A stretch of DNA of 64,000 bases from an uncultured Methanosarcinales archaeon (GCA_964618315.1 CAZTWQ010000003.1:17215-81214); one strand, 5' to 3'. Positions 47,173 through 58,101 are shown, numbered from the stretch's first letter. Numbers and translations: made by a program. The notes: generated from the letters alone by a model not told the origin.

Positions 47173-48634
47173 AGTTCTATTGATTAATCCCCAGGCAGAA
47201 ATTGGGAAGAAAGTTAAAGGGGGTATTGCTGCTCCGCTTGGTTTGTTATCTATAGGTTCTTATGTAATCAAAAGGGGATATTCTGTTAAGATAATTAATA
47301 CAATACTTGAAAATGATCCTATGAGAAATGTATTAGATGAAACCAAAGAAGCAAAATACATTGGACTAAGTGTGATGACTGCCCAGATTACACATGCTTT
47401 AATCATGAGCGAGAAACTAAAATCTCTAGGAAAAATAATAATTTGGGGTGGAATCCATGGTGAACTATTCCCTAAACAAACATGTGAAGATTCAGCTATT
47501 GATTATGTCATTTGTGGGGAAGGAGAAGCAACTTTCTTTGAATTGATAGATTCTTTAGAAAAAGGAAAAAGTGTAGAAAATATCCCTGGATTAGTACATA
47601 AAAAAGAAAATAAAGTCATAGTTAATCCACCAAGAAAACCATTGCCAGTCGAAGCTTTCTCTGATATAGATTATGGGCTTCTTGATCTAGAAAGGAAATT
47701 CAAGAAAAAAAGGATGCTTGAATTTGAGACTTCAAGGGGTTGCCCTTACCGTTGTGGATTTTGTATAGATACAATAGGTTGGAGGCACAATTGGAGATCC
47801 TTACCTGCTGAAACTGTTTTAAATGATCTGGAAAAAATGAAAGATAAATACAAAATTGAAGAAATTATATTCAGAGAAGAAAATTTCTTTGTAAATCAAA
47901 AAAGAGCAGAAAAAATAATTGAAGGTATGATCAAAAAAGGATTAAATATAAAATGGTCAACAAATATTAGAGCAGAGTATTTTAAAGATGATTATGTAAA
48001 TGATGAATTTATGACAAAACTAAAAAAATCTGGTTTAACATCCCTTACATTCGGAGTTGAATCTGGATCTGAACGAGTCAGAGGATATATGAAAAAAGGT
48101 ATTACAAGTGAACAAGTATTTAGGGCTGTAAGTTATTGTAAAAAACATGATATCCATTGTAATATTACTTTTATGGTGGGTTATCCTACTGAAACAAAAA
48201 AAGAGATATTTGAAACAATAAATATGATCAATAAGATAATTAAAATACATCCAGACGTAACAATCCGTGGGCCAGTGCCTTTTATGCCCCTCCCTGGTGC
48301 TTCTATTTATCAATATTGTCTTGATTGCGGTTTTAAAGAACCTAAAACCTTAAGAGAATGGTCCAAACGTGAATTTGATTTGCTGTCATATTTTAAAGAA
48401 TATTGCGCTGATAGTAATTTTTTAGGTGTTGATAAAAAAGACCGTTATCTTATAGAAAATATTGGCAAATACTCCACCCTAGCTACCAGTTCATGGGGTA
48501 GAATTATGAGCTTCTCACCATTATTAATATTACCTACACTATTATGTAAAATCAGATGGAAGTTAAAATTCTTTAGATTCCCTATTGATTATAAGTTGTA
48601 TAAATGGGTGACTAAAAAACTCCCAGTATATTAA
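47165..48634 (+). CDS. Radical SAM protein with B12-binding-type N-domain
   Basis: SRGCPYRCGFC, IWGGIHGELFP, GVESGSERV, VGYPTETKKE. ATG 47165 (track TTG 47159) overlaps the upstream gene end. Confidence 0.9.
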   Translation: MAKVLLINPQAEIGKKVKGGIAAPLGLLSIGSYVIKRGYSVKIINTILENDPMRNVLDETKEAKYIGLSVMTAQITHALIMSEKLKSLGKIIIWGGIHGELFPKQTCEDSAIDYVICGEGEATFFELIDSLEKGKSVENIPGLVHKKENKVIVNPPRKPLPVEAFSDIDYGLLDLERKFKKKRMLEFETSRGCPYRCGFCIDTIGWRHNWRSLPAETVLNDLEKMKDKYKIEEIIFREENFFVNQKRAEKIIEGMIKKGLNIKWSTNIRAEYFKDDYVNDEFMTKLKKSGLTSLTFGVESGSERVRGYMKKGITSEQVFRAVSYCKKHDIHCNITFMVGYPTETKKEIFETINMINKIIKIHPDVTIRGPVPFMPLPGASIYQYCLDCGFKEPKTLREWSKREFDLLSYFKEYCADSNFLGVDKKDRYLIENIGKYSTLATSSWGRIMSFSPLLILPTLLCKIRWKLKFFRFPIDYKLYKWVTKKLPVY

Positions 48635-48674
48635 AAATGAAAAGTATATAAAGTAATTCAAATATAATTAAAAA

Positions 48675-49340
48675 ATGAAGAAAAAAATACCTAATAAAAT
48701 TGACAGGGACCTCGTATTTAGATATTTCTCCAGACCCATTGGAAGATTACTTATCAAACCAGCCTATTATTTAGGTATAACCAGCATCCAATTAAGTTTA
48801 TTCATGATGTTTCTCACTTTATTTAGTTTTGGGCTTATAGCATATGGGAAGATAATATTAGCCACAATTTTACTCCAATTCTGCATAATTCTCGATATGA
48901 TGGACGGAACAATGGCAAAATTAAGAAACCAACAATCTGTATATGGCAGATTCTTATCAGCTATATGGCACAACAACATAATGCCATTATTCTTTCTGGC
49001 TGTAGGATTCCATTCATACAAATTAAACAACAATATAATATTTTTAATCATAGGTATACTTACAAGTCTTTTCATAATATCAATAAACTTAACAGAATAT
49101 CTTAAAAGAACACTTATGTACAAATTTAGTTTGTTAAAACCATCTGGAAAATCAAAAAAATATCCTAAACTTAGATTAGATGAATGGATTATAATGCTTA
49201 TTGCAGGCACAGGCTATATATTTACCTATGCATTGATACTTTCATTCTTTGGCTGGCTCCACTATATGACAATACCTTACTTCATATTCTACACTACATT
49301 ATTCACTGCAAAATCCATTATCTTTCTAAAGAAGTTTTAG
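48675..49340 (+). CDS. CDP-alcohol-phosphotransferase-like membrane protein, divergent motif (paralog of 46441..47172)
   Basis: DMMDGTMAKLRNQQSVYGRFLSAIWH: the same AK / ...H variant as the paralog. Confidence 0.6.
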   Translation: MKKKIPNKIDRDLVFRYFSRPIGRLLIKPAYYLGITSIQLSLFMMFLTLFSFGLIAYGKIILATILLQFCIILDMMDGTMAKLRNQQSVYGRFLSAIWHNNIMPLFFLAVGFHSYKLNNNIIFLIIGILTSLFIISINLTEYLKRTLMYKFSLLKPSGKSKKYPKLRLDEWIIMLIAGTGYIFTYALILSFFGWLHYMTIPYFIFYTTLFTAKSIIFLKKF

Positions 49341-49369
49341 TACAATATAAACTCCAAAAAACAACATAA

Positions 49370-50515
49370 TCAATCTAATATCTCATCAAATATATTATTA
49401 AATTTCTTTATAGCAATAGGATAATCCCATTCCACCATATACTGCCTTAATTTCTTTCCACTATTATTCCTTAAAATACTGTTATTATAATAATGAAAAT
49501 AATTCTCTGCTAGTTTTTCCTTGTCCCTCGGCCTAGAATAAAGCACCATATCCTTAAAAACAGATGTAAATGACCCTATACTAGATAAACATAAAGAAAC
49601 ACCTGCAGAAGCAGCCTCATAAACAGCCATCCCCATCCCCTCTGGATCTGAAACATTAACAAAAACATCTGAAACGTACAAAGCTTCCCTTACTTTTTTA
49701 TAATCAACACCACCTGTAAAGATAACACTATCAGATATGCCCCATTTTTTTATAACTTCTTGAACATCCCCTACTTCCTTATATCTCTCACTCCCTTGTT
49801 CCTTATAATGAGGGTTCCTTGTTTGATCCTTACCCACTACCAACATTTTTGAATTTTTTACCTTTTTATTGAACAATGCAAAAGCTTCTACCATAACATC
49901 AAGATTCTTAAACTTCCTAAAATTAGCAACAGTAGTAATCACAAAATCCCCATTATCTATGCCATACCCCTTACGTATCTTATCTAAACTTCTTTTAGGC
50001 TTCTTTGAAAAAAAAGAATAATCTATAGCATGTGGGGAAAAAACAACCCTATCACTTCTCAAACCATTTTTTATATATTCTTCCCTCTCATAAGGTGTTA
50101 AAGCAAATATCCTAGTAAACATATTCATAAAAAATAAAGAAATCCGCTTAAACAGCCAATTAGAACCAAGCTCATAAGTCTGAGTAACCAACACACTTTT
50201 CTTAAAAGACAAGGGTGATAATAATGAAGGGGGATAAGGTCTCCCCTGAGCATATACTAATTTTATATCCCTATCAAAAAACAAATGCAACAACAAAGAG
50301 AATGTATTAGGAAATTTCCTTACTTTAATACCTTCATAAGAATCTCTATCTTTATTCTTCCCTTTACTCAAAGTCCACAGTTCTGGCAAAAAACCCCTTT
50401 TCTCCAATACCCTCAAAGGATTGAGCATATAACTCTGTTTCTTGGATATCTGATCACCACAACCAGTAGCAATACCCATCACAATTTCAACAACTTTTGG
50501 TTTTTTTGAATTCAT
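49370..50515 (-). CDS. Glycosyltransferase family 4
   Basis: VSDPEGMGMAVYEAASAGVSLCLSSIGSF (EX7E region). Confidence 0.8.
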   Translation of the reverse strand: MNSKKPKVVEIVMGIATGCGDQISKKQSYMLNPLRVLEKRGFLPELWTLSKGKNKDRDSYEGIKVRKFPNTFSLLLHLFFDRDIKLVYAQGRPYPPSLLSPLSFKKSVLVTQTYELGSNWLFKRISLFFMNMFTRIFALTPYEREEYIKNGLRSDRVVFSPHAIDYSFFSKKPKRSLDKIRKGYGIDNGDFVITTVANFRKFKNLDVMVEAFALFNKKVKNSKMLVVGKDQTRNPHYKEQGSERYKEVGDVQEVIKKWGISDSVIFTGGVDYKKVREALYVSDVFVNVSDPEGMGMAVYEAASAGVSLCLSSIGSFTSVFKDMVLYSRPRDKEKLAENYFHYYNNSILRNNSGKKLRQYMVEWDYPIAIKKFNNIFDEILD

Positions 50516-50573
50516 ATTTTACCAGACAAAAATAGGCTATATTAATCTTATGAATTTAAAGTTAGTATCCCCA

Positions 50574-51989
50574 TTAATTATCTTTACTAAATTTAAAAAT
50601 GCCTTTAAGTAGCGGCAAAGCGGTCCGTATAGTCCATTTTAGTTCCCTCATTGACTTAATCAAAAACAAAAACTCAAAAATCTTTGAAGGTCTGAAATAA
50701 AAGCTTGTATACGCTTTTCTTTGATACTTCAATACTTCTTTACTCTTTAAATCACCTAATTCATAATGCCCTTCATTAATAGTATAATACCCCTTATCAA
50801 CACTAGAAGCATCCCTAACAAATTTCCCTTGTTTTTTTATCATCTCAAAAAGCTCTGTATCCGGCATAGGAATAGTGATTGCAAAATTTGCTATATGTGG
50901 ATTTGCTTTCTTTGCAAAATCTATTGTTCTCTGCATAGTCTCAGAATTATCTCCAGGTAAACCCAACATAAAGAACCCAAAAACAGTAATCTTCTCTTCC
51001 CTAAACCACATTATTGCCTGAACAACCTTATCAAGATCCAAATTTTTCTTTATATTTTTCATAATTCCTGGATCTCCAGTTTCTATACCTACCCCTACTT
51101 TATACACCCCAACTTTTTTCATCTTACATACAATCCCCTTAGTTAACCTATCTGCTCTAAGCCCATTAGGAAATGTTATATGCACTTTTATCTTTCTTTC
51201 AATAAGCATATCTAATATTCTTTCTGCCCTTTCAAGATCTAAGGTAAAATTATCATCTAAAATATCTATTTGTTTAACATTATATTTATTAACCAAAAGT
51301 TCTATTTCATCAATAATATTTTCTGGTGAACGTTTCCTAAACTTGCTTCCAAAAATATTCTTATTACAATATACACATTGATATGGACAACCCCTGCTTG
51401 TTAATACAGGAGCAACAGGACTTTCCCTGGACCTGCTTTCATAAAGTTTCAAATCTGGAAGAAGATGATAAGCTGGAAAAGGAATCATATCCAGATCCTC
51501 AATAAGGCTTTCTCTTGGATTATTCACTATTTCTCCCTTTCGAATATAGCTAACCCCCCTCATACCATCTAAATTTCCTTCATTCTTAACAATATTCCAA
51601 AACACCAATTCCCCTTCCCCCATTACAACACAATCTGCTTCTGATTCATCCAAGGTCTCCTTTACCATTGAAGTTGCAAAAGGCCCCCCAATCACAACAA
51701 ATTTTCCAATACTTTTCTTAAGAAATTTAGAAATCTGATTTGCATCTTTAGCATAAGCTATATTAGATGATATACCTATAAAATCTGGATCAAAATCCTC
51801 AATTAATTTTAGAATCTCATTATCTTCTAATCTAAGAAGATTTGCATCAATTATCTTACAATTTACCCCTTTTGATTCAAGAAATGACGCTATATAAGCT
51901 AATCCCAAAGGGGGGTAATTTGTTGCCTCATTTATCTCCCTTGCAAAGAAAGGAAATGGCCTGATAAGCACTACTCTTTTAAAAGTCAT
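50574..51989 (-). CDS. Radical SAM protein with B12-binding-type N-domain
   Basis: SRGCPYQCVYC, VIGGPFATSMV, GIETGDPGIM, LGLPGDNSE. Confidence 0.9.
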   Translation of the reverse strand: MTFKRVVLIRPFPFFAREINEATNYPPLGLAYIASFLESKGVNCKIIDANLLRLEDNEILKLIEDFDPDFIGISSNIAYAKDANQISKFLKKSIGKFVVIGGPFATSMVKETLDESEADCVVMGEGELVFWNIVKNEGNLDGMRGVSYIRKGEIVNNPRESLIEDLDMIPFPAYHLLPDLKLYESRSRESPVAPVLTSRGCPYQCVYCNKNIFGSKFRKRSPENIIDEIELLVNKYNVKQIDILDDNFTLDLERAERILDMLIERKIKVHITFPNGLRADRLTKGIVCKMKKVGVYKVGVGIETGDPGIMKNIKKNLDLDKVVQAIMWFREEKITVFGFFMLGLPGDNSETMQRTIDFAKKANPHIANFAITIPMPDTELFEMIKKQGKFVRDASSVDKGYYTINEGHYELGDLKSKEVLKYQRKAYTSFYFRPSKIFEFLFLIKSMRELKWTIRTALPLLKGIFKFSKDN

Positions 51990-52677
51990 TTTTTCTTAAA
52001 GCTTTTAGAAGCATCATGAACATATTATAAGCATGGCTGAATGTTTTCATTTTAGAGTTGCCTGCTTTTCTCGCCTTATAATGTATTGGAACCTCAATTA
52101 TCTTCAAGTTATTTCTTTTGGCTTTTATCAAAAGCTCAAAATCCATCCAGCTGTCTTCTTTTAATTTATCCACTGTAAGCATATCTGTCCTGAATGCCTT
52201 AAAACCGCATAATGTATCTGTAAGGTGTTTCCCAATTATTAATGAAACAAGCAACGCAAAAACCCTATTACCTGGTATATGTATCCATTTCATTGCCCCC
52301 TTTTCCATAGGATATATTAATCTTGAACCATTAACAAACTCTGCTTTTCCTTCAAATATGGGATTCACTATCTTAGGAATTTCTTCAGGGGGAGAAGTCA
52401 TATCAGCATCAAGGATTATAGCAACCTTACCTTCTGCTCTTTCTAATCCTTTTCTAAACGCATATCCTTTTCCCTTATTAGTCCTGTAACTAACTACCCT
52501 TATTTGTTTAAGATGTTTACTTTTTATCTTTCTTGCAATCTCTGCTGTCCTATCTTTACCCCCATCATCAACCACAATAGCCTCTGTTTCATAAGGCATC
52601 TGCGGAATTCTCTTCAGGCACTCCCCAATATTGCCTTCTTCATTAAGACAAGGAATAATAATACTTAAGTCCATCAC
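51979..52677 (-). CDS. Glycosyltransferase family 2 (polyprenyl-phosphate sugar synthase-like, soluble form)
   Basis: LSIIIPCLNEEGNI, VVDDGGKDRT, LDADMT. Confidence 0.85.
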   Translation of the reverse strand: MMDLSIIIPCLNEEGNIGECLKRIPQMPYETEAIVVDDGGKDRTAEIARKIKSKHLKQIRVVSYRTNKGKGYAFRKGLERAEGKVAIILDADMTSPPEEIPKIVNPIFEGKAEFVNGSRLIYPMEKGAMKWIHIPGNRVFALLVSLIIGKHLTDTLCGFKAFRTDMLTVDKLKEDSWMDFELLIKAKRNNLKIIEVPIHYKARKAGNSKMKTFSHAYNMFMMLLKALRKNDF

Positions 52678-53786
52678 TGATCCCCCTCACATTCTTTCCC
52701 AATTTTACTCTTAAAATAACTTTGGTCCTTTAAATCAATTCCTAGTTTAAGCTTATTGACATAATATTCAATAATTTCATTAAAAATAAAATCAAGATCC
52801 TTGCTCATCTTCCATCCAGGATAATCTGCCTTAAACTTGGCCATATTTGAAATCCACCATATATGGTCAGATTCCCTTTCAGGACCTTCCTCAAAATCAA
52901 GCTCTACTCCAGTCTTTATTTTTATTGCATCAATTGTTTCAAAAATAGAGACAGAATTTTGTCTCTGCCCACCCAAATTATAAGGCTGCCCATATAATCC
53001 AACTGAACTAGGTTTAGGTTTCTTAATAAATTCATAGATGGCAGATGCAACATCAGAACTATGTATCTGGTCCCTCACCCTATAGCCTCCACCAAAGATA
53101 TTATATTTTTTCTTTGACAAAGCACATTTCACAATATAAGGTAAATAACCATGCATCTCAACAGCCCTTGAATTTTTCCCAGTTAAACAACCACCCCTGA
53201 ATGTGGCTGTCTTCATCCCATAATTAACACCATACTCCTGCGTATAAAGATCGGCAGCAGTCTTTGAGACCCCAAAAGGAGTATGTCCGCATCTATCTAT
53301 AGGTAAAGTTTCATCAAAACTATCAAATGCCTCATTTTCGTATCTTTTTCCAACAACCTTATACTTAAAATAATTAGGATAATCCCCATAGACTTTATTA
53401 GTTGACATAAAAGCAAAAGGAATTCCAGGATTAATATTTCTTGTAAGCTCAAGGAGCTGCAATGTTCCAAAAGCATTTATCTGAAAATCCTCCATAGGTA
53501 TCTCTAAGCTCCTAGGATGTGATGGCTGTGCAGCAAGATGAACTATAGAATCAACCTTCTTAATTATTTCGCCCAAGATATCTTTATCCCTTATATCTGC
53601 TTTTACAAACTCCACCTTTTCGTTAAGTTTTTCTTCTTCAATATTGATTAGGTTATCGGCATCATCACCAAAAATACTTTTCCGCATATTATTATCTACA
53701 CTGATTACTTCATGCCCTTTTTCAGTAAAAAGCCTACAACATGCTGATCCTATAAGGCCAGCCCCACCTGTAACTAATATTTTCAT
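52674..53786 (-). CDS. NAD-dependent epimerase/dehydratase, CDP-paratose 2-epimerase-like
   Basis: MKILVTGGAGLIGS, MSTNKVYGD, TPFGVSKTAADLY, RVRDQIHSSDVA. ATG 53786 is preceded by GGGGGT; the track start is TTG 53819. Confidence 0.8.
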   Translation of the reverse strand: MKILVTGGAGLIGSACCRLFTEKGHEVISVDNNMRKSIFGDDADNLINIEEEKLNEKVEFVKADIRDKDILGEIIKKVDSIVHLAAQPSHPRSLEIPMEDFQINAFGTLQLLELTRNINPGIPFAFMSTNKVYGDYPNYFKYKVVGKRYENEAFDSFDETLPIDRCGHTPFGVSKTAADLYTQEYGVNYGMKTATFRGGCLTGKNSRAVEMHGYLPYIVKCALSKKKYNIFGGGYRVRDQIHSSDVASAIYEFIKKPKPSSVGLYGQPYNLGGQRQNSVSIFETIDAIKIKTGVELDFEEGPERESDHIWWISNMAKFKADYPGWKMSKDLDFIFNEIIEYYVNKLKLGIDLKDQSYFKSKIGKECEGDQ

Positions 53787-53815
53787 TTTACCCCCTAAAT
53801 ATTCTTCAATAAATA

Positions 53816-56155
53816 TCAATCTGTTTTTATATCTTTTGGTAGCTTGTTTTTAAAAGATAAAAAAATAAAGTAAAACAATATACAGAACAAAGTTAACAAA
53901 GTTATTATCATACCTATCTTAAATGACCTTGGAAAATAGCTAAATTCAATCTCATAATCATCACTATCCACAAAAACACCACTTGAAAAACCATTTGTCC
54001 TTAATATCACCCTATTATCATCAGCACCCCACCCATCATACAAAAAGTATTTCTCAGCTACCACAACAAAACCAGAACTGCCATCTAAATCGATTCTTAT
54101 ACTATTTGGCTTATATTCAGATACACTAATCATTTCAATTGACCCATAATCAGAGGCATACATATTTAGTAGATCATCAATCTGTCCTTTTTTTAATGAT
54201 GTTTCACCATTAAATATATTGGGCATCAATATACCGCCATTATTCGAGTATTGCTTGAGTTGAGCCACATCTTTTGGTTGATCAAGGAGTATAACCGCAT
54301 CAAATTTCAATAAAAACCATTCATCCTGTTCATATAACTCATTAATATCCAGGGGGATTATAGCAAGATTAGCAGGACTAAATCCATTACCCAATATGAT
54401 TGAATACATAGCATCTACTGTCTCTTTTTCACCACCAAGAACAAGAATAGTATTGTTAACCCTATAAGCCCTAGGCACGTATCTTTTATTCAAATAAAGA
54501 TATGGACCAAAATTCCCATCACAAGCATCTGGCTTAAAAGACACAGAAGGGTCGCAAGACTCAAATTCTTTCGTTAAGACCAAATCCGAATTATTTAGGG
54601 TAGTATCTGAATAAAAATATTTAGTATTATACATCCCCAATATCTTTGATGGATTTGAAAACGCAATAGGATTTATGAACTGCAATAAATACTCTGATTC
54701 AAAAGTATTCAATTGACCATGTATAGTTGAGATTCCCATAGGTACCCATCTTGATTGGCCCCCACCACCTATATGATTAAACATGTCCCATTGATGAACC
54801 CTAAACAAATTCCCCACTTCAAATTCATTGAGATAAACCATAAGCTCATTTCTATTCATCTCTTCTTCCATATTAATTCGCCTATAATTCTCATTTGGAG
54901 GCTCATAAGGCAATCCAATCAATAACAATATAAACAAAACAAGGAATATCATAATAATAAATTGTTTCTTTTTTACCCTACTAGCAATATTCTTAAATAA
55001 AAAACTAAAGCCAAATGCACTTAACACACTAAAACAAAAAGGAACAAGATGAATTACTCTGATTATATGGTGCTGCTTATTAAAACCTGGGAAAAACTTC
55101 CATAAAAAATAAAAAAGATGTGAACCAATAGCTACGTTAGATAATAAAACTATTGAAATGACAAAAAACAAGACATATTTATTCTTGATTAAAGGTAAAG
55201 CGAGTAAAGCAAGAATAAATGTAAAAATGCCGATCATAATCTCATTAGACCACTCAAGCCCATTTTCAGTAGTCAACCCAACTACAATCTTAACAAGAGG
55301 ATCAAACAAGCTATTTGACTGTATATGATACCCCTTAGCAGACTCAAAAGACCTTACACCACTTAAATCAGAAACCTTGCCAAAATCCGTTAAAGGAAAA
55401 AGCCTTATTGCAGATAAACCAAACAAAACTATTGAAAATACGATAAAGATCGATATCATTTTTTTATATTTTTTCAATGAAATTAATGTGAAAAAGATAA
55501 AAAATAAAGAAATAAAGAATAACATATAAGTAAAGGTAGAAACATCTCCTGCATGGAATGCTAATACAGAAAATATTCCAGCAAAAATAGAATTTTTAAT
55601 CCATTCTTGATTCTTATACGCCCTAAAAAGAAAAAAGAAGATTGCAGGAAGCCAAACTATTGAATCAAAATGTAATTCTCCCCCTGATGTTAATGCACTC
55701 AGATTATACCTATTGAACATAAATGTAAAAGCCCCAATAATGGAGTATTTATAGTCTAATTTCAACTCCCAAATTAGAAAATACATTGTAATACCTATAA
55801 TAAAAAGTTGAAGCATCCCAAGTAGATTAAAAGCAACATTAAATGAAGGAAGCAAAACAATAAGTATATTTGCTATATTAAAAACAGGTGCCTGAGGGTA
55901 TTGAAAATATGGTGTACCACCATAAATATAAGGAACCCACAAAGGAAACTGATGATTATCAACAATTGATTCCTTTACCAAGATACTATTAATATCATAC
56001 TGCCCCCTCATATCCCAAGTTGGATCATATTTATCAAAACTAAATTTAGAATTCAACAAGCCCCAAATTATAACAGCCAATAATATTATAATTATGCCTA
56101 GTATTCTTTTATTTTCAAATAGTTTCTTAAATTTAAACTGCGTATTTAAAATCAT
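53816..56155 (-). CDS. YfhO-like GT-C polytopic membrane glycosyltransferase (paralog of 7517..9862)
   Basis: Same architecture and shared blocks (GPYLYLNKRYVPRAYRVNN; NNGGILMPNI). Internal ATG (M13 of track ORF 53816..56191) preferred. Confidence 0.7.
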   Translation of the reverse strand: MILNTQFKFKKLFENKRILGIIIILLAVIIWGLLNSKFSFDKYDPTWDMRGQYDINSILVKESIVDNHQFPLWVPYIYGGTPYFQYPQAPVFNIANILIVLLPSFNVAFNLLGMLQLFIIGITMYFLIWELKLDYKYSIIGAFTFMFNRYNLSALTSGGELHFDSIVWLPAIFFFLFRAYKNQEWIKNSIFAGIFSVLAFHAGDVSTFTYMLFFISLFFIFFTLISLKKYKKMISIFIVFSIVLFGLSAIRLFPLTDFGKVSDLSGVRSFESAKGYHIQSNSLFDPLVKIVVGLTTENGLEWSNEIMIGIFTFILALLALPLIKNKYVLFFVISIVLLSNVAIGSHLFYFLWKFFPGFNKQHHIIRVIHLVPFCFSVLSAFGFSFLFKNIASRVKKKQFIIMIFLVLFILLLIGLPYEPPNENYRRINMEEEMNRNELMVYLNEFEVGNLFRVHQWDMFNHIGGGGQSRWVPMGISTIHGQLNTFESEYLLQFINPIAFSNPSKILGMYNTKYFYSDTTLNNSDLVLTKEFESCDPSVSFKPDACDGNFGPYLYLNKRYVPRAYRVNNTILVLGGEKETVDAMYSIILGNGFSPANLAIIPLDINELYEQDEWFLLKFDAVILLDQPKDVAQLKQYSNNGGILMPNIFNGETSLKKGQIDDLLNMYASDYGSIEMISVSEYKPNSIRIDLDGSSGFVVVAEKYFLYDGWGADDNRVILRTNGFSSGVFVDSDDYEIEFSYFPRSFKIGMIITLLTLFCILFYFIFLSFKNKLPKDIKTD

Positions 56156-56171
56156 ATTCAACCACAACAAC

Positions 56172-58040
56172 CTATAACAACTTAAAAACAACCATGCTCT
56201 TTGTTTGATGAACTACCTGGAATTTTTCAGAACTGATTATTTCCTGCAATCTTTTCGGAAGAAGCTCATTTGTTTCATTTTCACCAAATGGTCTAACAAG
56301 ATCCCTATAAGACATGCTATCCATGACTAAATACTGGTATTTTTCTTTTTTCAGCCAGTTATAAAGCTCAGAAACATTTTGATATAATAAATCTTTCCTG
56401 AATTCTATCAGATTATCACACCACATACAGCTAAATTTATCTAGGCCAATAACTATTTCATCGCCAGAATATGAAAAAACCTTTGTATTAACTGGCAGGG
56501 TTTTTAACCACATATACCCGCTAACCTCATCATTAGAAGTCCACACACCCCCTGGCAGCCACATAGCAGTATTCAATGTATATTTTTGTTGACCAGAAGT
56601 TAGGAATATCAAAATAATAATTAAAGAAATAGTAGCTATCTTTGGCACCTTCATCTGTTTGAGAAGTTCAACTATAAAAACGAATCCATGCGCTGCAATT
56701 AAAGACAAAGGAATAGCAAACAACATCCAAAACCTAAATGCAAACAAACCAACAGGAAGATTAAAAGTCACACTATTTATACCAATAAATGTAAATAACA
56801 ACCACAACAATGCTACACTAATCCAATGATTTTTTTCATCAGCTAATGATTTATACCGCCTTAAAATAATAATTAAACTTAAAAAAAGCAAAATTGACAA
56901 AACAATACCTACCCCAATAGGATTATTAATCAAATTTTGTGATTTTGCAACAAAAAAATCATTAAATGTGTATGCTCTAGTAGCCGTACCCGAATTACTA
57001 GGGAATGCCCTAGCAAGCTTACCTATCAATTGCGTTATAAAATTTGTTTCCTGAGTACTAAAAATTATTGCCTTTTTCCCTTGCTTCCCAAACATTGCCC
57101 CAATCTTATTATACCACCATAATAAAGACAACAAAAAACCACCAATCATTGCAAATAATACATTCCATTGAACTTTCTTCTTTAAAATAGAAAAGACAAC
57201 TAAATATATACCAACCAATATTGAGATTTTTATTGCCTGTGTAGGTTGTATTAGAAAAATTCCTGAATATACCAACATAAAAGCATATTTCCACCGACTA
57301 TCTTCCCTTATCCTGCCTATTGAATACATCAATGGGAAAAAACAAGTAACAACTAAAGAATGTGACCATATAAAATGACTCAAATAACAAGGCACCATAA
57401 CAAATATAGATGTCGAAAGTAATGCCTTATTCCTATTTCCAACAAATTGTTTAGCAAAGAAATAAAAAAAGAGCACACCTAAGGAAATGATCAATGCATT
57501 GAAAAACTTCATGGTCCACATAAGAGATGATGATGTTTGATGCAATACTCCAAAAAGAACAGCAAAACCAGGGGGATATGGGTCTATATATTTAAAGACA
57601 TTATTAGTATCCCTCACATTTTTCTCCATTGTCACATATTTAATGCCTTTAGCATGAGTCCAAGGGTCATCATCCTCAAGATAAGGATAAACAAATGACC
57701 CCTTTACATACATAAATAGAGTAAGAAAGAACATCACTAAAACTAAGATAACAGCAATATTTGATTTTGTTAATTTAATAGATGGAATTTTAATGCTATT
57801 CCTAAATCTAAACATATTATATACAGGAATTATAATGCTAAGCACTAAAAAGATCTTCCAATCTATAGGTATATGCAAAAGATTTAATATTACCCCTAAA
57901 AGGGGGATTACACCTAAACCAAAACCAATCCTCATTAAATTCCTTTCAAAAAGATTATTTGAACTTTTTAGAAAAAAAGAGATACTATAACCTAAGCCAT
58001 AGGTATAAATAAAAAACAATATTATTGTTATTATGCTCAT
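56172..58040 (-). CDS. GT-C-like polytopic membrane glycosyltransferase with extra N-terminal TM module
   Basis: More than 12 TM helices. First-loop motif YPYLEDDDPWTHAKG. No WWDYG motif. ATG 58040 is preceded by GGGGGT; the track start is TTG 58094. Confidence 0.65.
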   Translation of the reverse strand: MSIITIILFFIYTYGLGYSISFFLKSSNNLFERNLMRIGFGLGVIPLLGVILNLLHIPIDWKIFLVLSIIIPVYNMFRFRNSIKIPSIKLTKSNIAVILVLVMFFLTLFMYVKGSFVYPYLEDDDPWTHAKGIKYVTMEKNVRDTNNVFKYIDPYPPGFAVLFGVLHQTSSSLMWTMKFFNALIISLGVLFFYFFAKQFVGNRNKALLSTSIFVMVPCYLSHFIWSHSLVVTCFFPLMYSIGRIREDSRWKYAFMLVYSGIFLIQPTQAIKISILVGIYLVVFSILKKKVQWNVLFAMIGGFLLSLLWWYNKIGAMFGKQGKKAIIFSTQETNFITQLIGKLARAFPSNSGTATRAYTFNDFFVAKSQNLINNPIGVGIVLSILLFLSLIIILRRYKSLADEKNHWISVALLWLLFTFIGINSVTFNLPVGLFAFRFWMLFAIPLSLIAAHGFVFIVELLKQMKVPKIATISLIIILIFLTSGQQKYTLNTAMWLPGGVWTSNDEVSGYMWLKTLPVNTKVFSYSGDEIVIGLDKFSCMWCDNLIEFRKDLLYQNVSELYNWLKKEKYQYLVMDSMSYRDLVRPFGENETNELLPKRLQEIISSEKFQVVHQTKSMVVFKLL

Positions 58041-58101
58041 TGTACCCCCTATCAAAAACAATCGAAACCTATATAAATAGTTTACTATAATCAAATATCT
58101 A

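Noticed and set aside
56172-58094. 640-aa GT-C protein as an AglB/STT3 oligosaccharyltransferase because of the DDDPWTH first-loop motif
   Set aside because: There is no WWDYG motif or DK/MI motif in the C-terminal part. Similar acidic first-loop motifs occur in many GT-C families, so it is left as generic GT-C-like.
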